Shown piece after piece: positions 9,157 to 17,045 of a stretch of DNA of 35,279 nucleotides (position 1 is its first letter; every line of letters starts with the position of its first letter). Origin of the DNA: Archangiaceae bacterium (lineage in GTDB: Bacteria > Myxococcota > Myxococcia > Myxococcales > Myxococcaceae). The stretch is from assembly GCA_043750125.1 (NCBI GenBank), contig JAYVCD010000365.1, positions 1 through 35,279 of the forward strand. The letters are read 5' to 3'. Made by a program: the position numbers and the translations under genes. The notes beneath the pieces are model-generated. The model saw nothing but the letters and a program-made list of their open reading frames with translations. It made no database searches and was not told the DNA's origin.

Positions 9157-10290
9157 CTAACGGGGGGAGGCCGGCGGTTCGATGTGCGCTTTTCCGAACA
9201 GGTACTGCGACGTGTTCCAGAGGCTTGTGAGGTCATGTACGTCCAGCTCGAATCGGGGAATCAGCACCAGCGGAGTGGGGGCACACAACTCGGCCAGGCG
9301 AGCCACTCCCTTCGCGTCCTGCATCGCCAACTGGTCGTTCTCGTTCAGCGTCGCTTCAACCCGCTTTCGCAGCTCTTCGGGAAGGCGCTTGGCCTGGGCC
9401 CAGAGGGCAGGGGGCACGGGAGGATGCACCCGATTCACCACCACGGCCGCGATGTTCAGATGATTCTGAAGCAAGGTGGTGTGGAAGAAAATGGCCTCGT
9501 CCAGCCGCTCGGCCATCGGGGCGGTCACCAACACGAACGCGGTCGTCTCAGCCTCGAGCAGTGCGCGCGTCTGGTGCGCCCGTTCGCGGAAGCCCTCGTA
9601 CATCGAGCTCATGTGGAGCATGAAATTCGCCAGCTCGTGCAGGGTCTCGGTGCCCGTAAATTTCGAGATCGTCTTCGCGACGTAGCTCGAGCCCAGATTG
9701 AAGAGCTTCAGCCCAATCTTCCCCGCCGCCAGGGCGGGAGTCAGCAGCCACTTGGCCGCGTCGTTGTCGAGAAAATCGAGAATTCGATTGGGCGCATCGA
9801 GAAAATCCAGCGCGTGGGCCGTTGGAGGAGTGTCGAGCACGATCAGTGGGTAGCCGCGCTGCATCCTCAGCTCGCAGAGCTTTTCCATCGCGATGTATTC
9901 TTGCGAGCCCGCCAAGGCCGTCGACAACGATTGGTAGAACCGGTTGCCGAGGATTTTGTCGCGCTTGTCCGGTGGAGCGCGCTGCTCAATCAGATCGTCC
10001 CACGCGCGCTTCATGTCCAACATCATCGCGTGCATCGGCGCCCGTGGTTGTTGGCCCGAGGCCTCGGCCAGAATCGTGTCCGGAATGCGGGTCTCGGCGT
10101 TGCCGAGCTCGGCCAGACCCAGCGAGTTGGCCAGCCGCTTCGCGGGATCAATCGTGCAGACCAGAGCTCCTTTCCCCTCGACCGCCGCCCGCAAGGCGAG
10201 GGTCGCGGCCACGGTCGTCTTTCCGACTCCCCCGGGGCCCACGCAGAGCACCACATTGCTTCTGCGCAGCGCGTCTTGAATTGGATTCAC
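9157..10290 (-). CDS. ArsA/GET3-like ATPase (subunit lacking the signature lysine)
   Basis: Walker A GPGGVGKTT, switch I TIDPAKRLANSLG, switch II LDTPPTAHALDFL, VVVNRV. Confidence 0.9.
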   Translation of the reverse strand: MNPIQDALRRSNVVLCVGPGGVGKTTVAATLALRAAVEGKGALVCTIDPAKRLANSLGLAELGNAETRIPDTILAEASGQQPRAPMHAMMLDMKRAWDDLIEQRAPPDKRDKILGNRFYQSLSTALAGSQEYIAMEKLCELRMQRGYPLIVLDTPPTAHALDFLDAPNRILDFLDNDAAKWLLTPALAAGKIGLKLFNLGSSYVAKTISKFTGTETLHELANFMLHMSSMYEGFRERAHQTRALLEAETTAFVLVTAPMAERLDEAIFFHTTLLQNHLNIAAVVVNRVHPPVPPALWAQAKRLPEELRKRVEATLNENDQLAMQDAKGVARLAELCAPTPLVLIPRFELDVHDLTSLWNTSQYLFGKAHIEPPASPR

Positions 10291-11183
10291 TTCGGCCCCA
10301 GGTGGCCGCTGATCTCTTCAATCGCCGCGCGACCGAAGGTGGGGGTGAACAAACGCGGCACCTTCAAGACCGGGGTCCCCAGCGCCTCGAGCCGCTGAAC
10401 CGCAGACAGCGAAAGCCTGGCGCGCGCCTGGTGGGCAAGCGCCAGTTCCTGAAGAGCTCCCCTGGGAAGCTGCTCGATGTCGGCCGCCGAGAAGCGCATC
10501 GGAATGAAGGCGTTGACCACCACCAACTGGGGCTGAATCTGAACCCGGTCTTTGAGCGCGGCCGCGAGCTCAATCGTCTCGTTGATCGGCATTTCTTCAG
10601 GCAGCGAGACCAGCACCGCAGCCGTCATCGACGGGTCCACCAGGAACTCGCGCATCCACCTTGCGTCGTTGGCGAGCGCGCCCGGTGGAACGGTGTCGAG
10701 GACGACCTTGGGCACCGAGAAGAACGTGATCGCGTGACCGGTCGACGGCGCGTCGATGATGATCCGCTCGAACCGCCAACTGCCATCGGGGCGCTTCTCT
10801 TTGAGGTGGAACAGAATCTTCCCCAGGATCACCAGTTCCTGCAGCGAAGGGACGAAACGCAGAAAGTAACGCACCAGCCGATTTTCGAAGACCGCGTTGT
10901 AGATGCTCTCGAACTTCAGGGTCATCAGCGCGTACTCGCGCATCGCCTCCTGCGGCTTTACGTCCACCGCCCAGAGGTTCTCTTCGAACGACGTAATCTG
11001 GGCCCCCGTCTCGGGTCGTCCCAGCAGTCCCGCGACGCGCTCGCGCGCATTGACCTCGCACACCAACGTGCGCTGGCCGGCTCGGGCGCTCGCCAGTGCC
11101 AGCGCCGCCGCGACCGTGGTCTTGCCCACGCCGCCTTTGCCCGTGACGATGATGAGTCGCTTGTCGAGGAGAACTGGAATCAC
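10287..11183 (-). CDS. ArsA/GET3-like ATPase
   Basis: Walker A TGKGGVGKTT, 'PSLQELVILGKI', 'IDAPSTGHA', 'PEEMPINETIE', VVVN. Probable GTG start at 11183. The stop overlaps the start of the downstream ATPase. Confidence 0.9.
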   Translation of the reverse strand: MIPVLLDKRLIIVTGKGGVGKTTVAAALALASARAGQRTLVCEVNARERVAGLLGRPETGAQITSFEENLWAVDVKPQEAMREYALMTLKFESIYNAVFENRLVRYFLRFVPSLQELVILGKILFHLKEKRPDGSWRFERIIIDAPSTGHAITFFSVPKVVLDTVPPGALANDARWMREFLVDPSMTAAVLVSLPEEMPINETIELAAALKDRVQIQPQLVVVNAFIPMRFSAADIEQLPRGALQELALAHQARARLSLSAVQRLEALGTPVLKVPRLFTPTFGRAAIEEISGHLGPK

Positions 11184-11199
11184 AGTGACTTCTCGAACC

Positions 11200-11228
11200 T
11201 TGACACGCTCGAACGTGGAGATCAGCAT
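11200..11228 (+). promoter_or_regulatory. Candidate sigma70-type promoter for the small protein-ParA operon
   Basis: Perfect TTGACA (11200-11205), a 17-nt spacer, then CAGCAT (11223-11228), ending 10 nt before the ATG at 11239. Confidence 0.45.
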
Positions 11229-11238
11229 CTGCGCGCCC

Positions 11239-11535
11239 ATGCTCACTAACAACCCCGTGATGAAGAAGCTGGTGGCGACCGGCGAAGAGCGAATCGGAAA
11301 GATCGCTCAACAGTTGCTCTCCAACGAGAAGTTCGTGGGCGCGGTTCAAACGCTCGTCTCACGCACCCTGACGGCCAAGGGCACGCTGGACAAGAGCCTG
11401 CGCAGCGCTCTGTCGGCGATGAACCTGCCTTCGACCGGTGACCTGGAAATCTTGCGTGAGAAAGTCGACGAGCTCGAGCGGCTGCTCTCGTCAGTCGAGG
11501 GGAAAATCGATCAGATGATCGAGAAGAAGAAGTGA
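11239..11535 (+). CDS. Small coiled-coil protein, phasin/PhaE C-terminus-like
   Basis: 98 aa of amphipathic helices. 'AMNLPSTGDLEILREKVDELE' resembles the LPSxxD/ExxxLxxRLxELE motif of PHA granule-associated proteins. The stop overlaps the ParA start (GTGA). Confidence 0.7.
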   Translation: MLTNNPVMKKLVATGEERIGKIAQQLLSNEKFVGAVQTLVSRTLTAKGTLDKSLRSALSAMNLPSTGDLEILREKVDELERLLSSVEGKIDQMIEKKK

Positions 11536-12320
11536 CAGTTCGCCGCATCGCCTTCATCAACGAGAAGGGCGGCACCTGCAAAACGACCCTGGCCGTAAAT
11601 ACGGCTGCCTGGTTTGCGCAGAAGAAGGGCCTTCGGGTGCTGTTGATTGATCTCGATACCCAGGGTCATGCCGGCAAGTCGCTGGGCATCGACGTGCGCT
11701 CGCTTCCGACCAATGTCTTCCACTGGCTGACCAACACCAACGTGTCGCTGAAAGACGTGGTGCGTCCGACCGCGATTCCCAGCCTTTTCGTAGTTCCTTC
11801 GTACAAGCAGATGGCCAATTTTCCGCTGCAGGTCGCAAACCAGGTCGACCGCGACGTGCTGCTGCGTGAACGGATGAAAGAAGTCGAAGACGCAGGCTAC
11901 GAGCTGATCGTCTTTGATTCTCCGCCGTCGCTTGGGCTCACCACCACGAACATTCTGCTCGCCGCGACAGAGGTCGTGGTTCCGGTGGCGACCACCTATC
12001 TGGCGCTCGATGGTTGCGCCGAGATGAGCGAGACGGTGCGCAAGGTCTCCGAGAAGGACAACCAGGCGCTCTACATCTCGCTGGTGGTCCCGACGCTCTA
12101 CCGAAAGACCGCCCTGGCCGATGAGGTGCTCGAGCGGCTCGAGCGCTATTTCCCCGGCCGGATGGCGCGTCAGCCGCTGGCGCTCAACGTGGCCATCGAC
12201 GAAGCGCAGAGTCACGGGAAGACAATCTGGGAGTACGCCCCCTGGAGCCGAGGCGCCACGCTGCTTCAATCGGTGGCCGAAGACGTAGACGCTGCCGGCA
12301 GACGCACTGCGGTTCCCTGA
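11532..12320 (+). CDS. Orphan ParA/Soj family ATPase
   Basis: NEKGGTCKTT (variant Walker A), LLIDLDTQGHA, FDSPPSLG, 'IDEAQSHGKTIWEYAP'. No parB is adjacent. Confidence 0.9.
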   Translation: MTVRRIAFINEKGGTCKTTLAVNTAAWFAQKKGLRVLLIDLDTQGHAGKSLGIDVRSLPTNVFHWLTNTNVSLKDVVRPTAIPSLFVVPSYKQMANFPLQVANQVDRDVLLRERMKEVEDAGYELIVFDSPPSLGLTTTNILLAATEVVVPVATTYLALDGCAEMSETVRKVSEKDNQALYISLVVPTLYRKTALADEVLERLERYFPGRMARQPLALNVAIDEAQSHGKTIWEYAPWSRGATLLQSVAEDVDAAGRRTAVP

Positions 12321-12341
12321 AAACCGGGTCCCCCTTCGGAA

Positions 12342-12944
12342 CTAGCCCTTCTTCTCTTCCAGCGCGTCGAGTTTCTTTTCCAACGCTTCGATGCGCTGCA
12401 CCAACGCGCCCAGATCGCGGCCCAGGGCAGGAAGGTTGCCGACGACGTTGTCGACCACTGCTTTCACCCGCTCGTCGACCTTCTTCTGGAAGTCTTCCAG
12501 CGCTCTCTGGCTGCCCTTGAGCAATTCGACCGGTGAGAGATTCTGACCCGAGGGGACTTCGACGTTCGACTTGTCGCCCGTTCCGTCTTCGCGACCCAGC
12601 AGCTTATCGAGCCGCGACTCGGCCTCTTCCCTGATGCTGGTGACGCGGGGCGTGACGCTCTTGATGAACTCGGAAATCTGCTCGCCCGGGCGACGAATGA
12701 TCTCGCGCAACACCGACAGCGGCATCCGGGTGGTCTTCTTTTCTTCTTCGAATACGATCTGCGCCAGCGTGACTGAGGTGAGGTCTTCCTTGGTCCGGTT
12801 GTCGACGATTTTCACCTCGACGCCCTGCTTCACCATCTCGGCGATCTCATCGAGCGTGACGTAGCGACTCTCGACCGTGTCGTAGAGCTTGCGGTTGGTG
12901 TACCGCTTGATCACCTTGGGCTCGGAAGCCGCTTCGTCGCTCAT
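12342..12944 (-). CDS. PhaR-type (PHB_acc_N) DNA-binding domain protein with C-terminal coiled coil
   Basis: 'IKRYTNRKLYDTVESRYVTLDEIAEMVKQG...VDNRTKEDLTSVTLAQI' is the PhaR N-terminal signature. ATG at 12944. Confidence 0.9.
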   Translation of the reverse strand: MSDEAASEPKVIKRYTNRKLYDTVESRYVTLDEIAEMVKQGVEVKIVDNRTKEDLTSVTLAQIVFEEEKKTTRMPLSVLREIIRRPGEQISEFIKSVTPRVTSIREEAESRLDKLLGREDGTGDKSNVEVPSGQNLSPVELLKGSQRALEDFQKKVDERVKAVVDNVVGNLPALGRDLGALVQRIEALEKKLDALEEKKG

Positions 12945-13042
12945 GTTGTGGGTGGAAGCGCACTCGAAATTGACGCGCTGCGCGAACGCGAATAGCACCG
13001 GGGTGTTTGACCCGCAAGGCTATAGTCCCCGGGCCGCCGGCC

Positions 13043-14557
13043 ATGATCGTCAAATGCGAGCAGTGCCAGACACGGTTCAAGATCCCCGACGACAAGGTCA
13101 CTGAGAAAGGGGTCAAGGTCCGCTGTACCAAGTGCCAGCACACCTTTCGGGTGAAGCGGGACGGAACTTCCTCGCCCGCCGGCCAATCGCAAGGCGCGAT
13201 GCCCGCCCTTCAGGTCGCTTCGGTCCCCAAGTTGGTGGACGATCCTTTCGCCGCGTTCGGCGCAGCGAGCGAAGAGGACGTAGGTGAAGCGACCCGGCCC
13301 GGGATGTATGCGATGGGCGTCGAAGCCTCGCGCCACGCCGAACCGCCGCTCCAGCCTTCCTTCGCGGCCCAGAGGGCACTGCCGGCCCATTTGTTCGACG
13401 AACCGACCCGGGTGGGCGCTTTTCCTTTTCCTCCTCCGGGCCGAAAGGGTGTGCCCGACGAGGTCACCCACCGGTCTTCTCCGTTCGACTTTGCCGCTGC
13501 GCTGGGAGCAGCCGAGCCGTCCGCCCCGCCGCCTCCCTTCGACTTTGCCGCGCCCCCCGTGCCCGAGCCGCCCACCCAATACGAGGCGCCAGCGGCGCGC
13601 GCGCAACCTCCGGTTCCCTTCGACCCCTCGCCGGACAACGACCCCTTCAACAGCATCGACTTCGGCGGGGGCGCGCTGACGACCCCCAACGCGCCCATCG
13701 TCAAAGAGCCCGAAGCGCCCTCGGTCTTCGGCGACGGCGGCGGAGATTTTTTCGCAGCCGCAGAAGAGCCTTCTGTGACGCAGAACATTCGGCCCGATTC
13801 CCTGGGGCTGAGCGAAGAGGGGGAAGTCGAAGCAGACACCAGCCAGCGTGCCGCGCTGTTCGACATGCCGCCTCCCGAGCCCAATCGGCCGCCCGAGACC
13901 TTTGATTCCCCCAGTCCCGAGGTGGGCCCGGCGCCGCTGGCACTTCCCCGCCGCGACAGCGTTCCGTTGGGAAGAATCACGGCTCCCGAGTTGTCGGTCG
14001 AAGCGATTGCGCCCAGGCGAAAGCTCGGGGGCATGATTCTCAACGTGGCCATCGCCTCGATGCTGGTGAGCCTGTTGACGGTGATCGTCACCGTCTACCT
14101 CAGCGAAGGAAAGGTGGAACTGGCCTCGTTCAACCTCGAGCGACTCAAGGCAACTTTCACCGCGCCGACCGATTGGGCCGCACTCGACATCTCCAACGGC
14201 CTGTATGAAACGCGGGCCGGAAGGCCGGTGTTCTTCGTGCGCGGGGAAGTGAAGAACCGCAGTGGGAAGGCCACCCGGGCGAAGGTTCGCGCCGAGATTC
14301 TCGATGGGGACAAAGTCATTCGCCACGCCGACGCGTGGATTGGTGCGGCCCCCACGCCAGAAGACCTGTATTTGATCTCGGTCGCCGATGACGTCGAGCG
14401 GTTGTTGCAGAAGCTGGAAAAGTCAGCCGCTGAAGTGATGCCGAACGAAAAGCGCGGCTTTCTGGTTCCGTTCTTCGAGTACCCACCGGACCTGAAAGGT
14501 TTTCGCGTCAGGGTGACGGTGATCGAGTCCGATCACAAAGAGACCGCGGCGCGCTGA
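13043..14557 (+). CDS. Zinc-ribbon (MJ0042-type finger) / DUF3426-like bitopic membrane protein
   Basis: 'CEQCQTRFKIPDDK...VRCTKCQHTF', a long Pro/acidic linker, one TM helix, and a C-terminal Ig-like domain (FFVRGEVKN). Confidence 0.85.
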   Translation: MIVKCEQCQTRFKIPDDKVTEKGVKVRCTKCQHTFRVKRDGTSSPAGQSQGAMPALQVASVPKLVDDPFAAFGAASEEDVGEATRPGMYAMGVEASRHAEPPLQPSFAAQRALPAHLFDEPTRVGAFPFPPPGRKGVPDEVTHRSSPFDFAAALGAAEPSAPPPPFDFAAPPVPEPPTQYEAPAARAQPPVPFDPSPDNDPFNSIDFGGGALTTPNAPIVKEPEAPSVFGDGGGDFFAAAEEPSVTQNIRPDSLGLSEEGEVEADTSQRAALFDMPPPEPNRPPETFDSPSPEVGPAPLALPRRDSVPLGRITAPELSVEAIAPRRKLGGMILNVAIASMLVSLLTVIVTVYLSEGKVELASFNLERLKATFTAPTDWAALDISNGLYETRAGRPVFFVRGEVKNRSGKATRAKVRAEILDGDKVIRHADAWIGAAPTPEDLYLISVADDVERLLQKLEKSAAEVMPNEKRGFLVPFFEYPPDLKGFRVRVTVIESDHKETAAR

Positions 14558-14559
14558 CG

Positions 14560-15312
14560 ATGACGGGCGACGACGACGCGCAGAAGGTGGTGCGTCGACT
14601 TCATGCCCTGGGCGGCGGCCCGGAAGTGATGCGCAAAGCCGCAGCGCGATTGCTGGGCCGGCTGGCTCCGACCGATGCCACCTTGTTGCTGGGGCAGGTG
14701 ATTCGGCTCTCGCGGGGCGGGTGGGAACCGGCCGCCGGGGTCCTGCCGGCCTTCACCCGCGCGCTCGACATGGAAGCCGCCCAGATTCCGTACGCGACCG
14801 CGCTGCGTCGCATCGCAGCCCTGCAGGATCTCGACGAGGTCGAGCTGCTGTTTACCGATGCTCCAGCCCAGCGCGAATACGAGCTCGAAGCGGCCAAGCG
14901 GGCCGACCTGAAGCTGTTCACCCAGCCGCTGGGGCGTCTGAAACAAATGGCTCGCCTGACCCGAAACCCCGACGAGTTGTCGAAGCTCGCCGTCGCGACG
15001 GACCCTTCCGTGATTCGCAACGTCCTCATCAATCCACGCCTGACCGAAGCCCTGGTCGTGCGCATCGCGGCGCGGCGGCCGGCGCGCCCCGAACCGCTGG
15101 TGGAGATCTGGAAGTCCGCCCGCTGGTCGGTTCGCCCCCTGGTCCGCAAGGCGTTGGCCTTCAATCCGTACTTTCCACCCGAAGTGGCGGCAAAGATCGT
15201 CCCATTGCTTTCGGAAGCCGAGCTGCGCGAGCTCACCGAAGATCGCGCCGTGCATCCGGTTCTTCGGGAACAGGCCAGGGTGTTGCTGCTGCCCCACTTG
15301 AAGGTCCCGTGA
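14560..15312 (+). CDS. Hypothetical helical-repeat (leucine-rich variant/HEAT-like) protein
   Basis: Starts 2 nt after the upstream stop. Repeats 'DPSVIRNVLINPRLT' and 'PLVRKALAFNPYFP'. Confidence 0.7.
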   Translation: MTGDDDAQKVVRRLHALGGGPEVMRKAAARLLGRLAPTDATLLLGQVIRLSRGGWEPAAGVLPAFTRALDMEAAQIPYATALRRIAALQDLDEVELLFTDAPAQREYELEAAKRADLKLFTQPLGRLKQMARLTRNPDELSKLAVATDPSVIRNVLINPRLTEALVVRIAARRPARPEPLVEIWKSARWSVRPLVRKALAFNPYFPPEVAAKIVPLLSEAELRELTEDRAVHPVLREQARVLLLPHLKVP

Positions 15313-16736
15313 CTCTGCGGCGCATTGACGGGCCCTGTCCGCTCTCGCAGTCGGTGCTGTGGCGATGGCAGCGGCGTTTCTACGAAGAGCGGGGGCCGAC
15401 CGCGTTCACTTCCGGCGTGGTTCCGTGGCGCATCACTTCGTGCCTGTTGCTCGCCTCGGCCTATGCCGATGCAGCCATCGCTTTCGCGCGCGATCTTCCG
15501 GGCCCGCTTCAAATTCTCGAGTTGGGCGGCGGCCTGGGGCGAATGGCGTTTAACCTGATGCGCGCACTGGACGAGCGCAGCGTGCCGTTTCACTACCATT
15601 TTACCGATGCCTCGGCCGCGAACGTCGAAGCCGTCGCGCAGCATCCCCAGCTTCGAGCGCGGCTCGACGAAGGCCAACTGTCGCTGCAGCAGCTCGACGC
15701 CCTGGCTCCCCACGGGCTTTCACTGCCCCCGGGCCCGACTGTGGTGGTGGCCAATTACCTGTTCGATTCGCTTCCTCACGAGTGTTGGCGCTGCGAGGCA
15801 GGAACGGCAGTCGGGCAAGAAGTAGAGGTGTGGGCGGCGGGGCCCACGGCTTGCCTCGAAGACAGCGACTGGAAGTTCATCGACGGTGCAGCGCGCCCGC
15901 CGCCTGCAGTGGTGGGGTATGCGGCTCACCTCGGCTCGGGGCGCTTCCTCTGGCCCAGTGGGGCGATCGCCTGCATGCGGGCCATTGCCGGGCCGCTTCG
16001 GCGGCCTCACCTTTGGCTGGTGGCGGACAAAGGGCCCGCGGCGCTGGCCCAGTTGAGGGGGAGGGACACTGCGAGCCTGGCCCGCCACGGCTGCATCTCG
16101 GCGTCGGTCAACTTCGATGCCTTGCGCGCCTGGGCGGGCTGGCGCGCGTTCTTTGCTCCCCAGCTGCCCGAGATGCGTTTTGGCGCCTATGCCCTGGTTC
16201 AAGGGCTCGGCCGCCGCTCGGTGCCTGCCCTCGCCCGTGCCTGGGGCGAATCGACCGGGCTCAATCTGGCATTGCAGGCCGAGATTCTGCTCGAGGAGCT
16301 GGGCGCGGAGCCCGCGGTCACCGTGCCCCAGCTGCTGCAGGCCCTGGCCTTCACCCGTTTTGATCCCGACGCGCTGTTGCGCTTGTCGGCGCGCTTTCGG
16401 GAAAAGCTCTCGGCTCAAACGCCGGCTGGGCAGGTCGCCGCGTTGGTGCTGGCGCTCGAAGAGACCTGGAACAATCGATTTGTGCTTCCAGAGCCGCACG
16501 ATCTGGCCTTCGAGATTGCGACGGTGCTTCACCGCGCAGGTCAGCTTTCAGCAGCGGCCACCCACTACCGCCTTTCGATCGACTTACGGGGGCCTCACGC
16601 GACGACCTACTTCAATCTGGCCCTCTGTCTGTTGGACCTGGGAAAGCAGTCCGAGGCACGCACGGCTCTGGAAGGAACTTTGGTGGTTGATGCCGCGCAT
16701 CCCCGGGCGCGCGCCCTGCTCCTGGCCACGGGCTAG
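15309..16736 (+). CDS. Putative SAM-dependent methyltransferase (MidA/NDUFAF7-like) with C-terminal TPR
   Basis: GTG at 15309 overlaps the upstream stop. Motif I-like ILELGGGLGR, 'YHFTD', 'VVANYLFDSLP', and TPRs at the C-terminus (TYFNLALCLLDLG). Confidence 0.7.
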   Translation: MTLRRIDGPCPLSQSVLWRWQRRFYEERGPTAFTSGVVPWRITSCLLLASAYADAAIAFARDLPGPLQILELGGGLGRMAFNLMRALDERSVPFHYHFTDASAANVEAVAQHPQLRARLDEGQLSLQQLDALAPHGLSLPPGPTVVVANYLFDSLPHECWRCEAGTAVGQEVEVWAAGPTACLEDSDWKFIDGAARPPPAVVGYAAHLGSGRFLWPSGAIACMRAIAGPLRRPHLWLVADKGPAALAQLRGRDTASLARHGCISASVNFDALRAWAGWRAFFAPQLPEMRFGAYALVQGLGRRSVPALARAWGESTGLNLALQAEILLEELGAEPAVTVPQLLQALAFTRFDPDALLRLSARFREKLSAQTPAGQVAALVLALEETWNNRFVLPEPHDLAFEIATVLHRAGQLSAAATHYRLSIDLRGPHATTYFNLALCLLDLGKQSEARTALEGTLVVDAAHPRARALLLATG

Positions 16737-16963
16737 CGGCGCTTGTTCTCGTCGATGATCTGCGCGTCTTCGATCGGCGTGTTGCTGTTCCCGTTCAAGC
16801 GAGAGGTCGGCTTCACTTCGATCAGGTCGTCGCCCTTCGAAGCCTTCTTGAAGGAATAGACGAACTTCCCAATCGCGTTGCCCAGCGAGCCCATTCGGGA
16901 CGCTGAAAAGATGATCAGAATGATCACAGCGAGCATCACCAACTCGCCGTAGCCAATTTTCAT
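16733..16963 (-). CDS. tatA: TatA/TatE family twin-arginine translocase subunit
   Basis: 'IGYGELVMLAVIILIIFS' TM segment followed by the amphipathic helix 'LGNAIGKFVYSFKKA'. Confidence 0.8.
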   Translation of the reverse strand: MKIGYGELVMLAVIILIIFSASRMGSLGNAIGKFVYSFKKASKGDDLIEVKPTSRLNGNSNTPIEDAQIIDENKRR

Positions 16964-17045
16964 AGCGACACGAAGTCACAAAGCGCGTCCCCACGCAACA
17001 CACAGCTCCCTTGACGCACGCGTGGCTGCGCGACAAACGAGTCCG

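Noticed and set aside
9157-11183. Arsenic resistance operon
   Set aside because: No arsR, arsB/acr3, arsC or arsD is present, and the motifs fit GET3/BagAB-like ATPases better.
11532-12320. Chromosome or plasmid partition locus
   Set aside because: No parB or recognisable parS, and no replication or mobility genes in the window.
12941-14326. Long minus-strand ORFs over the zinc-ribbon gene, and other long antisense ORFs (9822-11249, 20284-21546, 27243-28574, 33225-34667)
   Set aside because: They fully overlap well-supported genes on the opposite strand and are expected from stop-codon scarcity at high GC.
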